A stretch of 64,000 bases of DNA from Candidatus Thorarchaeota archaeon. Its GTDB lineage: Archaea > Asgardarchaeota > Thorarchaeia > Thorarchaeales > Thorarchaeaceae. The notes under the pieces are model-generated. The model searched no databases. It was not told the DNA's origin and worked only from the letters and a program-made list of their open reading frames with translations. The DNA is taken from positions 74,875 through 138,874 of the forward strand of contig DXJO01000020.1 in assembly GCA_019057475.1 (NCBI GenBank), in the 5' to 3' direction. The translations under genes and the position numbers were made by a program. Each line of letters begins with the position of its first letter. The first letter of the stretch is position 1. Below, piece after piece: positions 1 to 8,701 of the stretch.

Positions 1-531
1 CAGCTTGGTTGGCAGGTCGAGGGTAAGAATGCACATTTCAGGATTATTCCAGAGAACTGGACATCCATTATGTGTTGGAAGTGTGGTCGAAAGGGCAACC
101 GTCCAAAGCAGAACCTGTTTGTGTGTTCGACCTGCGGCAACAAGTGCAATGCTGACAAGAATGGCTCCATTAACATCGCTGGACGACTAATTACGATCAC
201 AGAGTCACTTCATTCTGTGAGAGGACTAGGTTTCTGGACATGTGCAATTGAAAGAGCACAAAGTTCGGGGCCGAAAGCCCGAAGGAAGACATGTTCTTCT
301 CGAGGGAAGTCCTTACCCCCCAAAAGAGACAATGCATCTGGTCCAGGGGGGTCCGCGGCTGTTCACCAAGTTCAATCGGACCTTCTCAGCTTCGGCGACG
401 AAACTGGGATGGGTGATAATGACCCCGCCGTGGAAAACACTGTGGTAAGACTCTCTGCTGCTGGAAGTGATGCTCCGGCAATAGGACAGGAGAAAGAAGC
501 CAGGTCTGTGGGAGGGATTTCATTCCGATGA
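1..531 (+). CDS. tnpB: TnpB-like RNA-guided nuclease (IS200/IS605 OrfB family), C-terminal part; the 5' end lies outside the window
   Basis: Frame 1 is open from base 1. The translation ...IIPENWTSIMCWKCGRKGNRPKQNLFVCSTCGNKCNADKNGSINIAGR... shows a CxxC...CxxC zinc ribbon followed by a D-x-N-[AG]-x-x-NI RuvC-III-like motif, typical of TnpB/OrfB. The tail after about nt 190 is low-complexity and may overlap an RNA. Confidence 0.7.
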   Translation, partial: QLGWQVEGKNAHFRIIPENWTSIMCWKCGRKGNRPKQNLFVCSTCGNKCNADKNGSINIAGRLITITESLHSVRGLGFWTCAIERAQSSGPKARRKTCSSRGKSLPPKRDNASGPGGSAAVHQVQSDLLSFGDETGMGDNDPAVENTVVRLSAAGSDAPAIGQEKEARSVGGISFR

Positions 532-548
532 AGGCAGACGAAGCTCCG

Positions 549-700
549 ACTAGGCCTTGGGTAGCGCCAAGGCTTGATGGCGACATCGAGTCGGGGAAGG
601 GTGGAACACAGGAGTTTCCGAGGGTTGAGCTCACTCAACCTATGGGAACGGGTCAGCCGGCCCGCCCTATCATTTTCAGTCACTGCGATATGGGCGGCAG
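549..700 (+). ncRNA. Candidate omega-RNA (reRNA) scaffold associated with tnpB; boundaries approximate
   Basis: It lies at or after the 3' end of tnpB. It contains the hairpin GCCTTGG/CCAAGGC (554-573). A diverged second copy at 24331-24490 shares an exact 14-mer, agggtggaacacag (598-611 = 24428-24441), and 9-mers gctcactca and cttgatggc. Confidence 0.35.
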
Positions 701-913
701 GTTTAGCTGATTGGGTTATGAGTTGATTGGAACCACCAAATTAGACCGATTCGTGAAGACATTCGCGGACTCAAGATACTTTGGTTGTCGAGAAGAGCAT
801 AATCTGTTTCCTTGGAGATAACAGTGCATCTGTCATTAATCACCAAAGCATTGAAGAGCCAATTCGCTAGCCCAAAGACTTGCGGTGAGTTCCTGCGGGT
901 TTGACCATAGAAT

Positions 914-1035
914 GCGGGAGTAGCCAAGACTGGTCAAAGGCGGCGGACTTAAGATCGTATGAAGATATGGGGTCATTCGAATAAGATATCCGCTCCCGTA
1001 GGGGTCCGTGGGTTCAAGTCCCACCTCCCGCACCA
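914..1035 (+). tRNA. tRNA-Leu(TAA) with a roughly 34-nt intron at 37/38; CCA encoded
   Basis: Acceptor GCGGGAG/CTCCCGC; anticodon arm GCGGA-CTTAAG[intron 954-987]A-TCCGC; long variable arm; T arm GTGGG-TTCAAGT-CCCAC; ends ACCA. Confidence 0.9.
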
Positions 1036-1117
1036 ATCTCTCCAAAAGCAAGCACAAGATAGCTTCTGAGCGAAGATTTATGACTACGCCAATGGCGAAG
1101 AGCTGCGGAACTCATAG

Positions 1118-2482
1118 GTGAGGATTGCATTGACTCTGGACGACTCTGGTTATAGGGGCCTAGTTCTTGAGAAACTATCCGCTGCTGGCGCAAAAGTGGG
1201 TGACACAATCACAATCGACCATCAAGGACGAGAGTATGTAGGCATTCTCATGCCTCGTGCACAGGTTGGACGCGATCCTGACCATGTGGTGATAAAGCTC
1301 GTTTCCGGATACAACGTAGGCATTCGATTGAATGAGTTGTCTGAAATTCACTCGATTAAATCGGGAAGGAAAAGAAAGCGGCCCGCAGAAAAGACTACAT
1401 CCAAAGCACAATCCGATCTGCCTACTGTTTCAATCCTGAGTACTGGGGGTACGATTGCAAGCAAGGTAGACTATCAGACTGGTGCTGTCAATCCTGCATT
1501 GTCGGCACAGGATCTCTATGATACAGTTCCCGAGCTCAAGGATCATGCGAATATTCATGCTCGCATTGTAATGAGCGTTTTTTCAGAGAACATTCAACCT
1601 GCCGATTGGACGAAGATTGCTAGAAGTGTTTCATCTGAAATCAAGAAGAGCGTAGACGGAGTTGTCATTGCGCATGGCACAGATACGCTCGGAATCACTT
1701 CTGCTGCGCTTGCATTTGCACTTCAAGACCTTCCTGTCCCAGTCGTTCTTGTGGGCTCCCAACGGTCATCTGATAGACCGTCTTCTGATGCTGCTATGAA
1801 CCTGATTAGAGCAACTGATTTCGTCGGGCACGCGAATGCTGCAGAAATAATGGTGGTAATGCACGGTCAAACAGATGATACATTCGCATATGCACACAGG
1901 GGAACTCGAGTGCGTAAATGCCACACTAGCAGAAGGGATGCTTTCCAGTCAGTCAACTACAGTCCCTTATTCAAAATAGACGAAACGGGCATAGCTGAGC
2001 TGTCTGCTCCTCTTCTGCGACGAAACCCCGATCGCAAACTCAAGATGAAGCCTAAGTTTGATGATCGAGTCACTATCGTGAACACTTCTCCAGGAATCAA
2101 ACCTGATGTGATTGACTCGTACGTCGATAGCGGATACAGAGGACTTGTACTGGCCGGAACTGGTCTTGGACATGCTCCTGAACACATTCATTCAGCACTG
2201 AAACGAGCCATAGATGCCGGCGTCATTGTGGCCATGACAAGCCAATGCATCTGGGGACGCGTCAATATGAACGTATATCGACCAGGCGTGGAGATGCTCG
2301 AAATGGGCGTCATACCATGCGAAAATATGCTCACCGAAACTGCGACTGTAAAGCTAATGTGGCTTCTTGCAAACACGAAGACTGTGGAGAAGGCACATGC
2401 TGCAATGTCTGAGTGCATCGTTGGCGAGATAAGCATGCGAACTGAACAGTCCGAGTATCGAATACAGTCGGAGGCCTGTTGA
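1118..2482 (+). CDS. gatD: Glu-tRNA(Gln) amidotransferase subunit D (asparaginase-like)
   Basis: GTG start; motifs STGGTIASKVDYQTGAV and HGTDTL; immediately followed by gatE. Confidence 0.9.
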   Translation: MRIALTLDDSGYRGLVLEKLSAAGAKVGDTITIDHQGREYVGILMPRAQVGRDPDHVVIKLVSGYNVGIRLNELSEIHSIKSGRKRKRPAEKTTSKAQSDLPTVSILSTGGTIASKVDYQTGAVNPALSAQDLYDTVPELKDHANIHARIVMSVFSENIQPADWTKIARSVSSEIKKSVDGVVIAHGTDTLGITSAALAFALQDLPVPVVLVGSQRSSDRPSSDAAMNLIRATDFVGHANAAEIMVVMHGQTDDTFAYAHRGTRVRKCHTSRRDAFQSVNYSPLFKIDETGIAELSAPLLRRNPDRKLKMKPKFDDRVTIVNTSPGIKPDVIDSYVDSGYRGLVLAGTGLGHAPEHIHSALKRAIDAGVIVAMTSQCIWGRVNMNVYRPGVEMLEMGVIPCENMLTETATVKLMWLLANTKTVEKAHAAMSECIVGEISMRTEQSEYRIQSEAC

Positions 2483-4408
2483 GTGAGCGACGAGGGTCGC
2501 TTTAGAAAAATCGGCTTAATGGTGGGACTAGAACTTCATCAGCAACTCAATACATCTCGCAAGCTCTTTTGCCACTGCCCGACAGTGATTCGCGACGACA
2601 AGCCTGACGGCGGGTTTGTGAGAAGGCTCAGACCCACACAGAGCGAAATGGGTGCGGTTGATCCCGCAGCACTTTTTGAGTTTCAGAGGAAGAAGAAATT
2701 CTATTACGAGTATTACAATGATACAACATGCTTGGTTGAAGCTGACGAGGAGCCTCCTCACAATCTGTGTGAAGAGTCCATCGATGTTGCTCTTACAATG
2801 GCTACCTTCCTAGGTTCATCTCCATTAGATGAGATACACGCAATGAGGAAAATCGTGATAGATGGTAGCAACACAACTGGCTTTCAACGCACAGCCATTA
2901 TTGCCATGGGTGGCAAGATTTTGGTGGGGACCAAAGAAATCGGCATACTAGCAATCAGCCTTGAAGAGGATGCGGCCCGCAAAATCGCAGATGATGACAA
3001 AGAGAACATGAAGATGTATCGACTGGATAGACTAGGCATTCCTCTGATTGAAATCGCAACAGCTCCTGACATCGAAACTCCCTCCCAAGCTCAAGAAACG
3101 GCTTTGGCGATTGGTCTGCTTTTGAGGTCCACCGGGAAGGTAAAGCGTGGACTTGGCACAATCCGTCAAGACGTTAACGTGTCCATCAAGGGAGGGGCTA
3201 TTATCGAGATTAAGGGATTTCAGCAACTCGACATGCTATCCACTCTTGTCGAACTAGAAGCCCTTCGGCAGGAGCGCTTGTTGGAGATACGTGACGCCCT
3301 ACATGAGAGGAATATCTCTCCTAAGCAGATTAGCAGCGAACCGACAGATATCAGCGATATCTTCGCAGGATCAAGCTCCAAGATGATCAAGAAGGCGTTG
3401 AAGGCAGGCCACGCAATCTACGGGGTGCGGCTTCCAGGCTTTGCAGGTCTAGTTGGACGTGAAGTGCAACCTGAGCGCAGGCTTGGCACAGAACTATCAG
3501 ATTATGCCAAGTTTTGGGGCGACGTAGGAGGCATCTTTCACACAGACGAACTGCCAGGATATGGAATATCCGCACAAGAAGTAGCCCAACTAAGAGAAGC
3601 CGTAAGCGCAGGTTCACAAGATGCCGTGGTAATAGTTGCAGCCCCGATGGGCAAGTGCGTGGATGCGCTTGAGGCGGTCGTCCGGCGAGCACGTGAGGCG
3701 ATTGAGGGTGTGCCAGCTGAAACCCGAACTCCACTGCCTAATGGAACGACGAAGTATGCGCGCCCTCGCCCTGGTGCAGAAAGAATGTATCCGGAAACCG
3801 ACGTGAGACCGGTGAAAATAACGCCGTCCCGTTTGAAACGGATTAGGAAAAACTTGCCTGAAACCCTGGATAGCAAAGAGAAGCGATTTGTCAAGGACTA
3901 CGGTCTCAGCAAGGACCTTGCGTCACAGATGGTACGTTCTCTGAACCTATTACTCTTTGAGCAAATCATGAGCGAGATGGAAGTCCCTGCAACACTTTTG
4001 GCAGTAACACTGGAGAATACAGTTGTAAGTCTTCATCGCGATGGCGTTCCTATTGAACGATTGGAGGATAATCACTTCCGGCAGCTCTTCGAATGTGTCA
4101 CTAAGACTGAAGTTTCTCCAGATGCAATCCCTGCAATTCTGACACATCTTGCGAATAATCCCACTTCTGGGATTCAAGATGCGCTGGATGCAACAGACCT
4201 TGGCAAAATAGATACTACCGAGATCGAGAACGTGGTTCGAGAGATAGTGGAGGACCGAATTGACTTCGTACGTGAACAAGGAGAGAGAGCACTCGGTGGT
4301 CTCATGGGTGTTGCAATGAAGCGGCTAAGAGGAAGGGCCGACGGGAAAGTTATCAAGAAGCATCTTGCAGCTGAGATTCAGCGAGTTCTTACATCCACTG
4401 AAGAATAG
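2483..4408 (+). CDS. gatE: Glu-tRNA(Gln) amidotransferase subunit E
   Basis: N-terminal VGLELHQQLNTSRKLFCHCP, 641 aa, starts one nt after the gatD stop. Confidence 0.9.
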   Translation: MSDEGRFRKIGLMVGLELHQQLNTSRKLFCHCPTVIRDDKPDGGFVRRLRPTQSEMGAVDPAALFEFQRKKKFYYEYYNDTTCLVEADEEPPHNLCEESIDVALTMATFLGSSPLDEIHAMRKIVIDGSNTTGFQRTAIIAMGGKILVGTKEIGILAISLEEDAARKIADDDKENMKMYRLDRLGIPLIEIATAPDIETPSQAQETALAIGLLLRSTGKVKRGLGTIRQDVNVSIKGGAIIEIKGFQQLDMLSTLVELEALRQERLLEIRDALHERNISPKQISSEPTDISDIFAGSSSKMIKKALKAGHAIYGVRLPGFAGLVGREVQPERRLGTELSDYAKFWGDVGGIFHTDELPGYGISAQEVAQLREAVSAGSQDAVVIVAAPMGKCVDALEAVVRRAREAIEGVPAETRTPLPNGTTKYARPRPGAERMYPETDVRPVKITPSRLKRIRKNLPETLDSKEKRFVKDYGLSKDLASQMVRSLNLLLFEQIMSEMEVPATLLAVTLENTVVSLHRDGVPIERLEDNHFRQLFECVTKTEVSPDAIPAILTHLANNPTSGIQDALDATDLGKIDTTEIENVVREIVEDRIDFVREQGERALGGLMGVAMKRLRGRADGKVIKKHLAAEIQRVLTSTEE

Positions 4409-4414
4409 TTTTAA
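4409..4414 (+). promoter_or_regulatory. TATA-like box (TTTTAA) upstream of tRNA-Met
   Basis: agTTTTAAgag lies about 40 nt upstream of the mature tRNA 5' end. Confidence 0.3.
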
Positions 4415-4451
4415 GAGCCTATACCATCGGCCCGTCTTACTTGAATCACGT

Positions 4452-4594
4452 GCCGCGGTGGCCTAGCCTGGTTAGGGCGCGAGACTCATAATCTTGCTGG
4501 ATCTTTCCGGTCAAAATCATGGGGTCATTGTCTCAAGCCTGGCCCGAGATGAGAAATCTCGAAGTCGAGGGCTCGAATCCCTCCCGCGGCACCA
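4452..4594 (+). tRNA. tRNA-Met(CAT), elongator-like, with a roughly 65-nt intron; CCA encoded
   Basis: Acceptor GCCGCGG/CCGCGGC; anticodon arm CGAGA-CTCATA[intron 4491-4555]A-TCTCG; T arm GAGGG-CTCGAAT-CCCTC. Confidence 0.85.
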
Positions 4595-4686
4595 CCACTT
4601 ACTGCGGCTTTGCAGGTATGTTTTTGTGTGTACTTAGTTTCTCGGTAAAGCTGAGGTCCGTACTGCGAAAAGAGAGGTTACTTCAA

Positions 4687-5892
4687 ATGAAACTCCCTTT
4701 CAAGACCCTTGATGACGTTAAAACCGAAGGAAAGCGTGTTTTGGTTCGTGTCGACATAAACTGCTCTGTTGACCCCGATACTAAGAAGATAACCGACGAT
4801 TCCAGAATAGATGCGATTGTTCCCACACTCAAAGAATTGTCCAAAAGCAAGGTTGTGTTGATGGCACACCAAGGCCGTCCGGGCAGTAGCGACTTCATAT
4901 CGCTTGAACAACATGCAACTATTCTCAAGAACTTAGGTTTCAACGTCAGCTTTGTGGATGACATATTCGGAGAGAGAGCCAAGGCGGCCATAGAGAAGAT
5001 GCAGGTGGGAGAGATACTTGTTCTCCAAAACGTGAGGATGTTTGAGGGTGAACTGAAGAAGGCACCACCAGACGAAGTTGCAAAAGAGGCAATTGTCCAA
5101 GAGCTTTACCCCTTGTTTGATCTGTTTGTCAATGATGCGTTTGGTGCAGCACACAGGTCTCAAGCATCCCTTGTCGGTTTCACAACAGTACTGCCTTCAG
5201 TTGCAGGTCGGCTTGTCGAGAAGGAGATTCGGATACTGACCGATGCCACGGCTATAGAGAAACATCCTTGGATTCTCGTATTCGGGGGGGCTAAGGTGGC
5301 TGATAAGGTGAAGACTCTAGGCAAGCTATTGGCCACTGGACGAGTAGACAAGGCACTACTAGGAGGCCTTCTTGGACAGCTGTTCTTGATTGCAAAGACC
5401 TTGATTCCTACCGAATACTCTGCTCCTATCAAGGGTTTCGAATCAGCAGTGGAAACAGCAAAAGAACTCCTAGAGAAATATCCCGACATACTAGTTCTCC
5501 CAGCGGATGCAGCTGTCGAGCGGGACGGCAAGCGCGTGGAGTGTGCGTTCAATAAGATGGACAGTGATCCATTCCTTGACATAGGTCCGTCCACAGCCAG
5601 TGAGTACATGCGTATGATAAGTGGAGCTGCAGTGGTGTTTGCCAATGGTCCGATGGGCTACTTTGAGAAAAAGCCCTTTGCCAAGGGCACAAACAGTATT
5701 CTAGAAGCAATCGCTGAGTGTGAAGGTGTTACAGTTGTCGGGGGTGGGCACATGGGAGCCATGGCAATAAACGAGGGCTTTGCAGACAGGATTTCACACA
5801 TCAGTACAGGCGGTGGAGCTACAATCAACTTCCTGACAGGGAAAAAGTTAGATCTCGTGGTTGCGCTTGAAGAAGCCGCACGGAGGATGTGA
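4687..5892 (+). CDS. pgk: Phosphoglycerate kinase
   Basis: MKLPFKTLDDVKTEGKRVLVRVDINCSVD... is typical of archaeal PGK. I moved the start to ATG 4687 because the longer ORF (4519) runs through tRNA-Met. Confidence 0.9.
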   Translation: MKLPFKTLDDVKTEGKRVLVRVDINCSVDPDTKKITDDSRIDAIVPTLKELSKSKVVLMAHQGRPGSSDFISLEQHATILKNLGFNVSFVDDIFGERAKAAIEKMQVGEILVLQNVRMFEGELKKAPPDEVAKEAIVQELYPLFDLFVNDAFGAAHRSQASLVGFTTVLPSVAGRLVEKEIRILTDATAIEKHPWILVFGGAKVADKVKTLGKLLATGRVDKALLGGLLGQLFLIAKTLIPTEYSAPIKGFESAVETAKELLEKYPDILVLPADAAVERDGKRVECAFNKMDSDPFLDIGPSTASEYMRMISGAAVVFANGPMGYFEKKPFAKGTNSILEAIAECEGVTVVGGGHMGAMAINEGFADRISHISTGGGATINFLTGKKLDLVVALEEAARRM

Positions 5893-6205
5893 TAGCCATG
5901 CAGTTGCTGGAATTTCACATATTCTTTTCATCTACTTGGCTTTTGTGAACGTCCTTGCTTTCATCCTTATGTATCATGATAAGAGAAAGGCTAAGAAGAA
6001 AGAGTGGCGTGTCGCAAAGGCCACGCTTCTACTGCTATCATTCATTGGTGGCGCTTTGGGTCTATTCGTTGCGATGTTCAAGTTTCGGCACAAGACTTTG
6101 AAAAGATTATTTCGGGCAGTTGCCATCATTAGTCTTATCGTTTCCCTAATGATCTACTGGATTGCTTTTAGAATACTGACATTTGGTCCAGTGCCAATAG
6201 TGTAA
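5861..6205 (+). CDS. DUF1294-family small membrane protein
   Basis: ...MYHDKRKAKKKEWRVAKATLLLLSFIGGALGLFVAMFKFRHKTLKRLF... matches the DUF1294 signature. The TTG start (5861 or 5867) overlaps the pgk end. Confidence 0.6.
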   Translation: MRLKKPHGGCDSHAVAGISHILFIYLAFVNVLAFILMYHDKRKAKKKEWRVAKATLLLLSFIGGALGLFVAMFKFRHKTLKRLFRAVAIISLIVSLMIYWIAFRILTFGPVPIV

Positions 6206-6571
6206 GCTATTCGACTGAACCAATAGAGTGAAGGTACGCGCAGAAAGAAGCAGTGCAGCCGGAGCAAGAAATGTTGTTGAGGGCACATTGCTGTACCCTC
6301 ATGATTTCAAGGGTTTACCAGGGCTCTGGACGGGGACGTGAAGGTTCGTTCATACACTCGGATGCTAACCATACCCAATTACGGGCACTGTAACACAATC
6401 GCGAAATCCTAGTTTCTTTCTATCACAAGACCGCGCATTAGTGTCGTTCTCTGTTTCAATTTGCTATGTCCTTATATCGCGAATTTCGAGTACATTAATG
6501 GCCAATCAACAAATCAATCTGTAGCACAAAGTAATGCCAGTTCTGAAAGAGAAAAAAAGGAAAATTGAAAA

Positions 6572-6647
6572 TGGAGCCCCGGGCGAGATTCGAACTCGCG
6601 ACCTGCTGATTACAAGTCAGCCGCTATAGCCCCTAAGCCACCGAGGC
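6572..6647 (-). tRNA. tRNA-Thr(TGT), no intron; CCA encoded
   Basis: Reverse complement: GCCTCGG...GCTGA-CTTGTAA-TCAGC...GCGAG-TTCGAAT-CTCGC-CCGGGGC-T-CCA. Confidence 0.9.
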
Positions 6648-6735
6648 TTCCTAAGTGAATCGAGCAGCATATTGGCTTTAAAAGCTGCTCTTCAAGACTT
6701 CTTCAACTGCGCGTTTCCGACGGCAGTAGCGGTTA

Positions 6736-7287
6736 CTACTTGTCATGATAGACATTGTCAATGATAACAGCGTAGGCTAGCAGCATCAATCGGTCAACAT
6801 CCGGATCCACTACGTGAATCACATACCTGTCCTTGAAGTTGAACGCAGGTGCAAACACATCGCGCCATTTGTCTGATTTTTTGATGGTAGCATACACTTT
6901 CTTCTTATCCTTCGGATGACGGATCTCGAAATTCCACTTCGTAATTCCACCTTGGGCTTTGAATATGAGATTGTCTTGGGGGTCATACATATCCACCGAC
7001 CCCCTAAAGGCAATCAATGGTTTTTTCGCACGACCTATGAGCTGTCCGTCTGGGGTTTTTACATCATAGATTGGCCGCACTGCGGCTAGCTTCTTGCTAA
7101 TAATACAGACTGGCGTTTCATCAACATTTCGCAGCTCGATATCTGCACGTAATGATATTATCTTCCTCTTCATGATACCGATTTTATTTCCGTCTGTATC
7201 GAGAATTTCCCCACCACCGAATTTCCAGGTTTTTTCATGCATTACATAGTGAGTAATCGCAGGGTCTAACAAGTTCATCTTCCACAC
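6736..7287 (-). CDS. LURP-one-related / DUF567 (tubby C-terminal-like, scramblase-like fold) protein
   Basis: 183 aa with repeated beta-hairpin-like segments (e.g. ILDTDGNKIGIMKRKIISLRADIEL..., VKTPDGQLIGRAKKPLIAFRGSVDMYDPQDNLIFKAQG...) characteristic of the LOR/DUF567 family. Confidence 0.6.
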   Translation of the reverse strand: MWKMNLLDPAITHYVMHEKTWKFGGGEILDTDGNKIGIMKRKIISLRADIELRNVDETPVCIISKKLAAVRPIYDVKTPDGQLIGRAKKPLIAFRGSVDMYDPQDNLIFKAQGGITKWNFEIRHPKDKKKVYATIKKSDKWRDVFAPAFNFKDRYVIHVVDPDVDRLMLLAYAVIIDNVYHDK

Positions 7288-7551
7288 ACTCCCTTGAGAT
7301 ATTCTTACGCAACCTATTAAGCGAATTTCGGCTAGAATGAGGAATCAATGACACGTCCACAAGCACGCTCAGGTGGTGCATTCCATCACGCACATGTTTA
7401 TGTGCCATTGAGCGCATTTAATCTTCAGAAGTCCGACCTTAGCACAAAGTCCCATATCACACGCGGGTCATACAAAGGCTAAATGCTACGGGAAAGCTCA
7501 AATAGCATACAGGATTTTGTCAAAGGACGACATACAACTAGGTGATACCAA

Positions 7552-8574
7552 TTGCAATCGGATTCATACTACGAATTCACTCAAGCTATCGTGAACCTAT
7601 TTATAGGCCTCTCCGATGCGCTCATACCCCTTGGAATACCATTTGGCCCGATTGCCTGGTTCGTTATCGTTGTTACTGTACCCATGGCCATAGTCATAGC
7701 GTTTCTGCTGTATCGCATCAAGGGCTCTGCTGGCGGCTTGCCTGATGGTGTACGTAGAATCATTGCGTCAACTGGCGATGTTTCCTCGGGCATTGCAGGT
7801 ACGAAAAAGGTACGGTTCATCAAAACCCCCGGAGAAGCGTTGGTATTCCTCAAAGTGGAAGAGAATGCTGTTCAACAAGCTTTGGCTGCAGTTGATTACT
7901 ACACTAAAGAAGGCGAGATAGACAGCTCGCTTCAAGACAAGCTTGTTTCACTCTATCAAGGCAGGCTCACTGCTGTACAGGCTGCAATTGCTAAAGACGA
8001 GGAACTGAAGGCTGTTGTGGATGCAGACTCCGCGATGGATCGAGCACGATCTGATTACCTTCGGAAACTTGCAGCGATGTCTGGTACCACTGTAGAAGCA
8101 GACACTATTGAGTCAGGGCCGCCCAGCGTTGGGGCGCCAAGCGCAGCTGCGGTTACACCAAGTGATGCGGCAGCTCCTTCAGCCGGTCCCCCAAGTGGCG
8201 GCGCTCCGAGTGGTGGTGGACCTCCCAGCGGTGGTACACCTAGTGGTGGCGGTCCTCCAAGTGGCGGCGCTCCGAGTGGTGGTGGACCTCCAGGCGGTGG
8301 TGCACCTAGTGGTGAATCTCCAAGTGGCGCCACCCCGAGCGCTGGTACACCTAGTGGTGGTGGACCTCCAGGCGGTGGTGCACCTAGTAGTGGTCCTCCA
8401 GGCGGCGCACCTAGTAGCGGTGTTCCAAGCGGTCCTCCAGGTGGCGGAATCCCGAGTGGTCCTCCAGGTGGCACGTTAGGCGAGAAACCTTCTGGTGCAC
8501 CTGGTAAAAGCTCTCTCCAGTCTGAGATGCTCGCAGAAATGGAACGCTTGCGAACCCTGATGAGTGGGGATTAG
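7552..8574 (+). CDS. Membrane-anchored protein with a helical middle region and a long Pro/Gly/Ser-rich repeat tract
   Basis: TTG start; N-terminal TM segments; (G)GPPSGGAPSGG repeats from about aa 195-315; C-terminal helix SLQSEMLAEMERLRTLMSG. Confidence 0.6.
   Translation: MQSDSYYEFTQAIVNLFIGLSDALIPLGIPFGPIAWFVIVVTVPMAIVIAFLLYRIKGSAGGLPDGVRRIIASTGDVSSGIAGTKKVRFIKTPGEALVFLKVEENAVQQALAAVDYYTKEGEIDSSLQDKLVSLYQGRLTAVQAAIAKDEELKAVVDADSAMDRARSDYLRKLAAMSGTTVEADTIESGPPSVGAPSAAAVTPSDAAAPSAGPPSGGAPSGGGPPSGGTPSGGGPPSGGAPSGGGPPGGGAPSGESPSGATPSAGTPSGGGPPGGGAPSSGPPGGAPSSGVPSGPPGGGIPSGPPGGTLGEKPSGAPGKSSLQSEMLAEMERLRTLMSGD
8185..8470 (+). repeat. In-frame tandem DNA repeats encoding the PSGG-type tract
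   Basis: The 35-mer ccaagtggcggcgctccgagtggtggtggacctcc occurs at 8191-8225 and 8257-8291 (66-bp period). Related units continue to about 8470. Confidence 0.85.
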
Positions 8575-8701
8575 TAGCTCCGCCAGTCCTTGTATCCTTC
8601 CTCAGGATTCAGTGAATCTTAGATCGGATTCGATTGTCAGAAGCCTTTTTGAGTAGCCCACTCATGAGGCTCCGTATCACTGAGTTAAGGATGCTGATGA
8701 C

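Larger units (their letters stand above)
1..700 (+). mobile_element. Right-hand part of an IS200/IS605-family element (tnpB 3' end plus right-end region), truncated by the window edge; the right boundary is approximate
   Basis: tnpB C-terminus followed by a hairpin-rich non-coding segment (e.g. CCGCCC-t-ATC ... GAT-at-GGGCGG at about 661-697). No tnpA is visible in the window. Confidence 0.5.

Noticed and set aside
4540-4556. Box C-like GAGAUGA and D'-like CUGG in the tRNA-Met intron, suggesting an intron-encoded C/D sRNA.
   Set aside because: Both boxes deviate from consensus (RUGAUGA / CUGA) and are in the wrong relative order for a C...D arrangement. No second box pair is present.
4519-4686. 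N-terminal extension of the pgk ORF (start at 4519).
   Set aside because: It overlaps tRNA-Met, including its intron and 3' half. PGK homology begins at MKLPFKTLDD (ATG 4687).
6206-6571. A 360-bp ORF-free region upstream of tRNA-Thr; the minus strand contains GGTAAACCC (RNase P CR-IV-like).
   Set aside because: I could find no GGAAAGUCC motif, no terminal helix and no other conserved RNase P or known ncRNA elements. It could still hold an unknown ncRNA or promoter region, but I cannot support a call.
8055-8479. Long ORFs on the minus strand (139 aa) and in an alternative plus frame (123 aa) across the PSGG repeat.
   Set aside because: They are frame artefacts of a GC-rich tandem repeat. Their translations are pure low-complexity (PPGGPLG..., VVVDLQAVVHLV...) and lie wholly inside the better-supported 7552-8574 gene.
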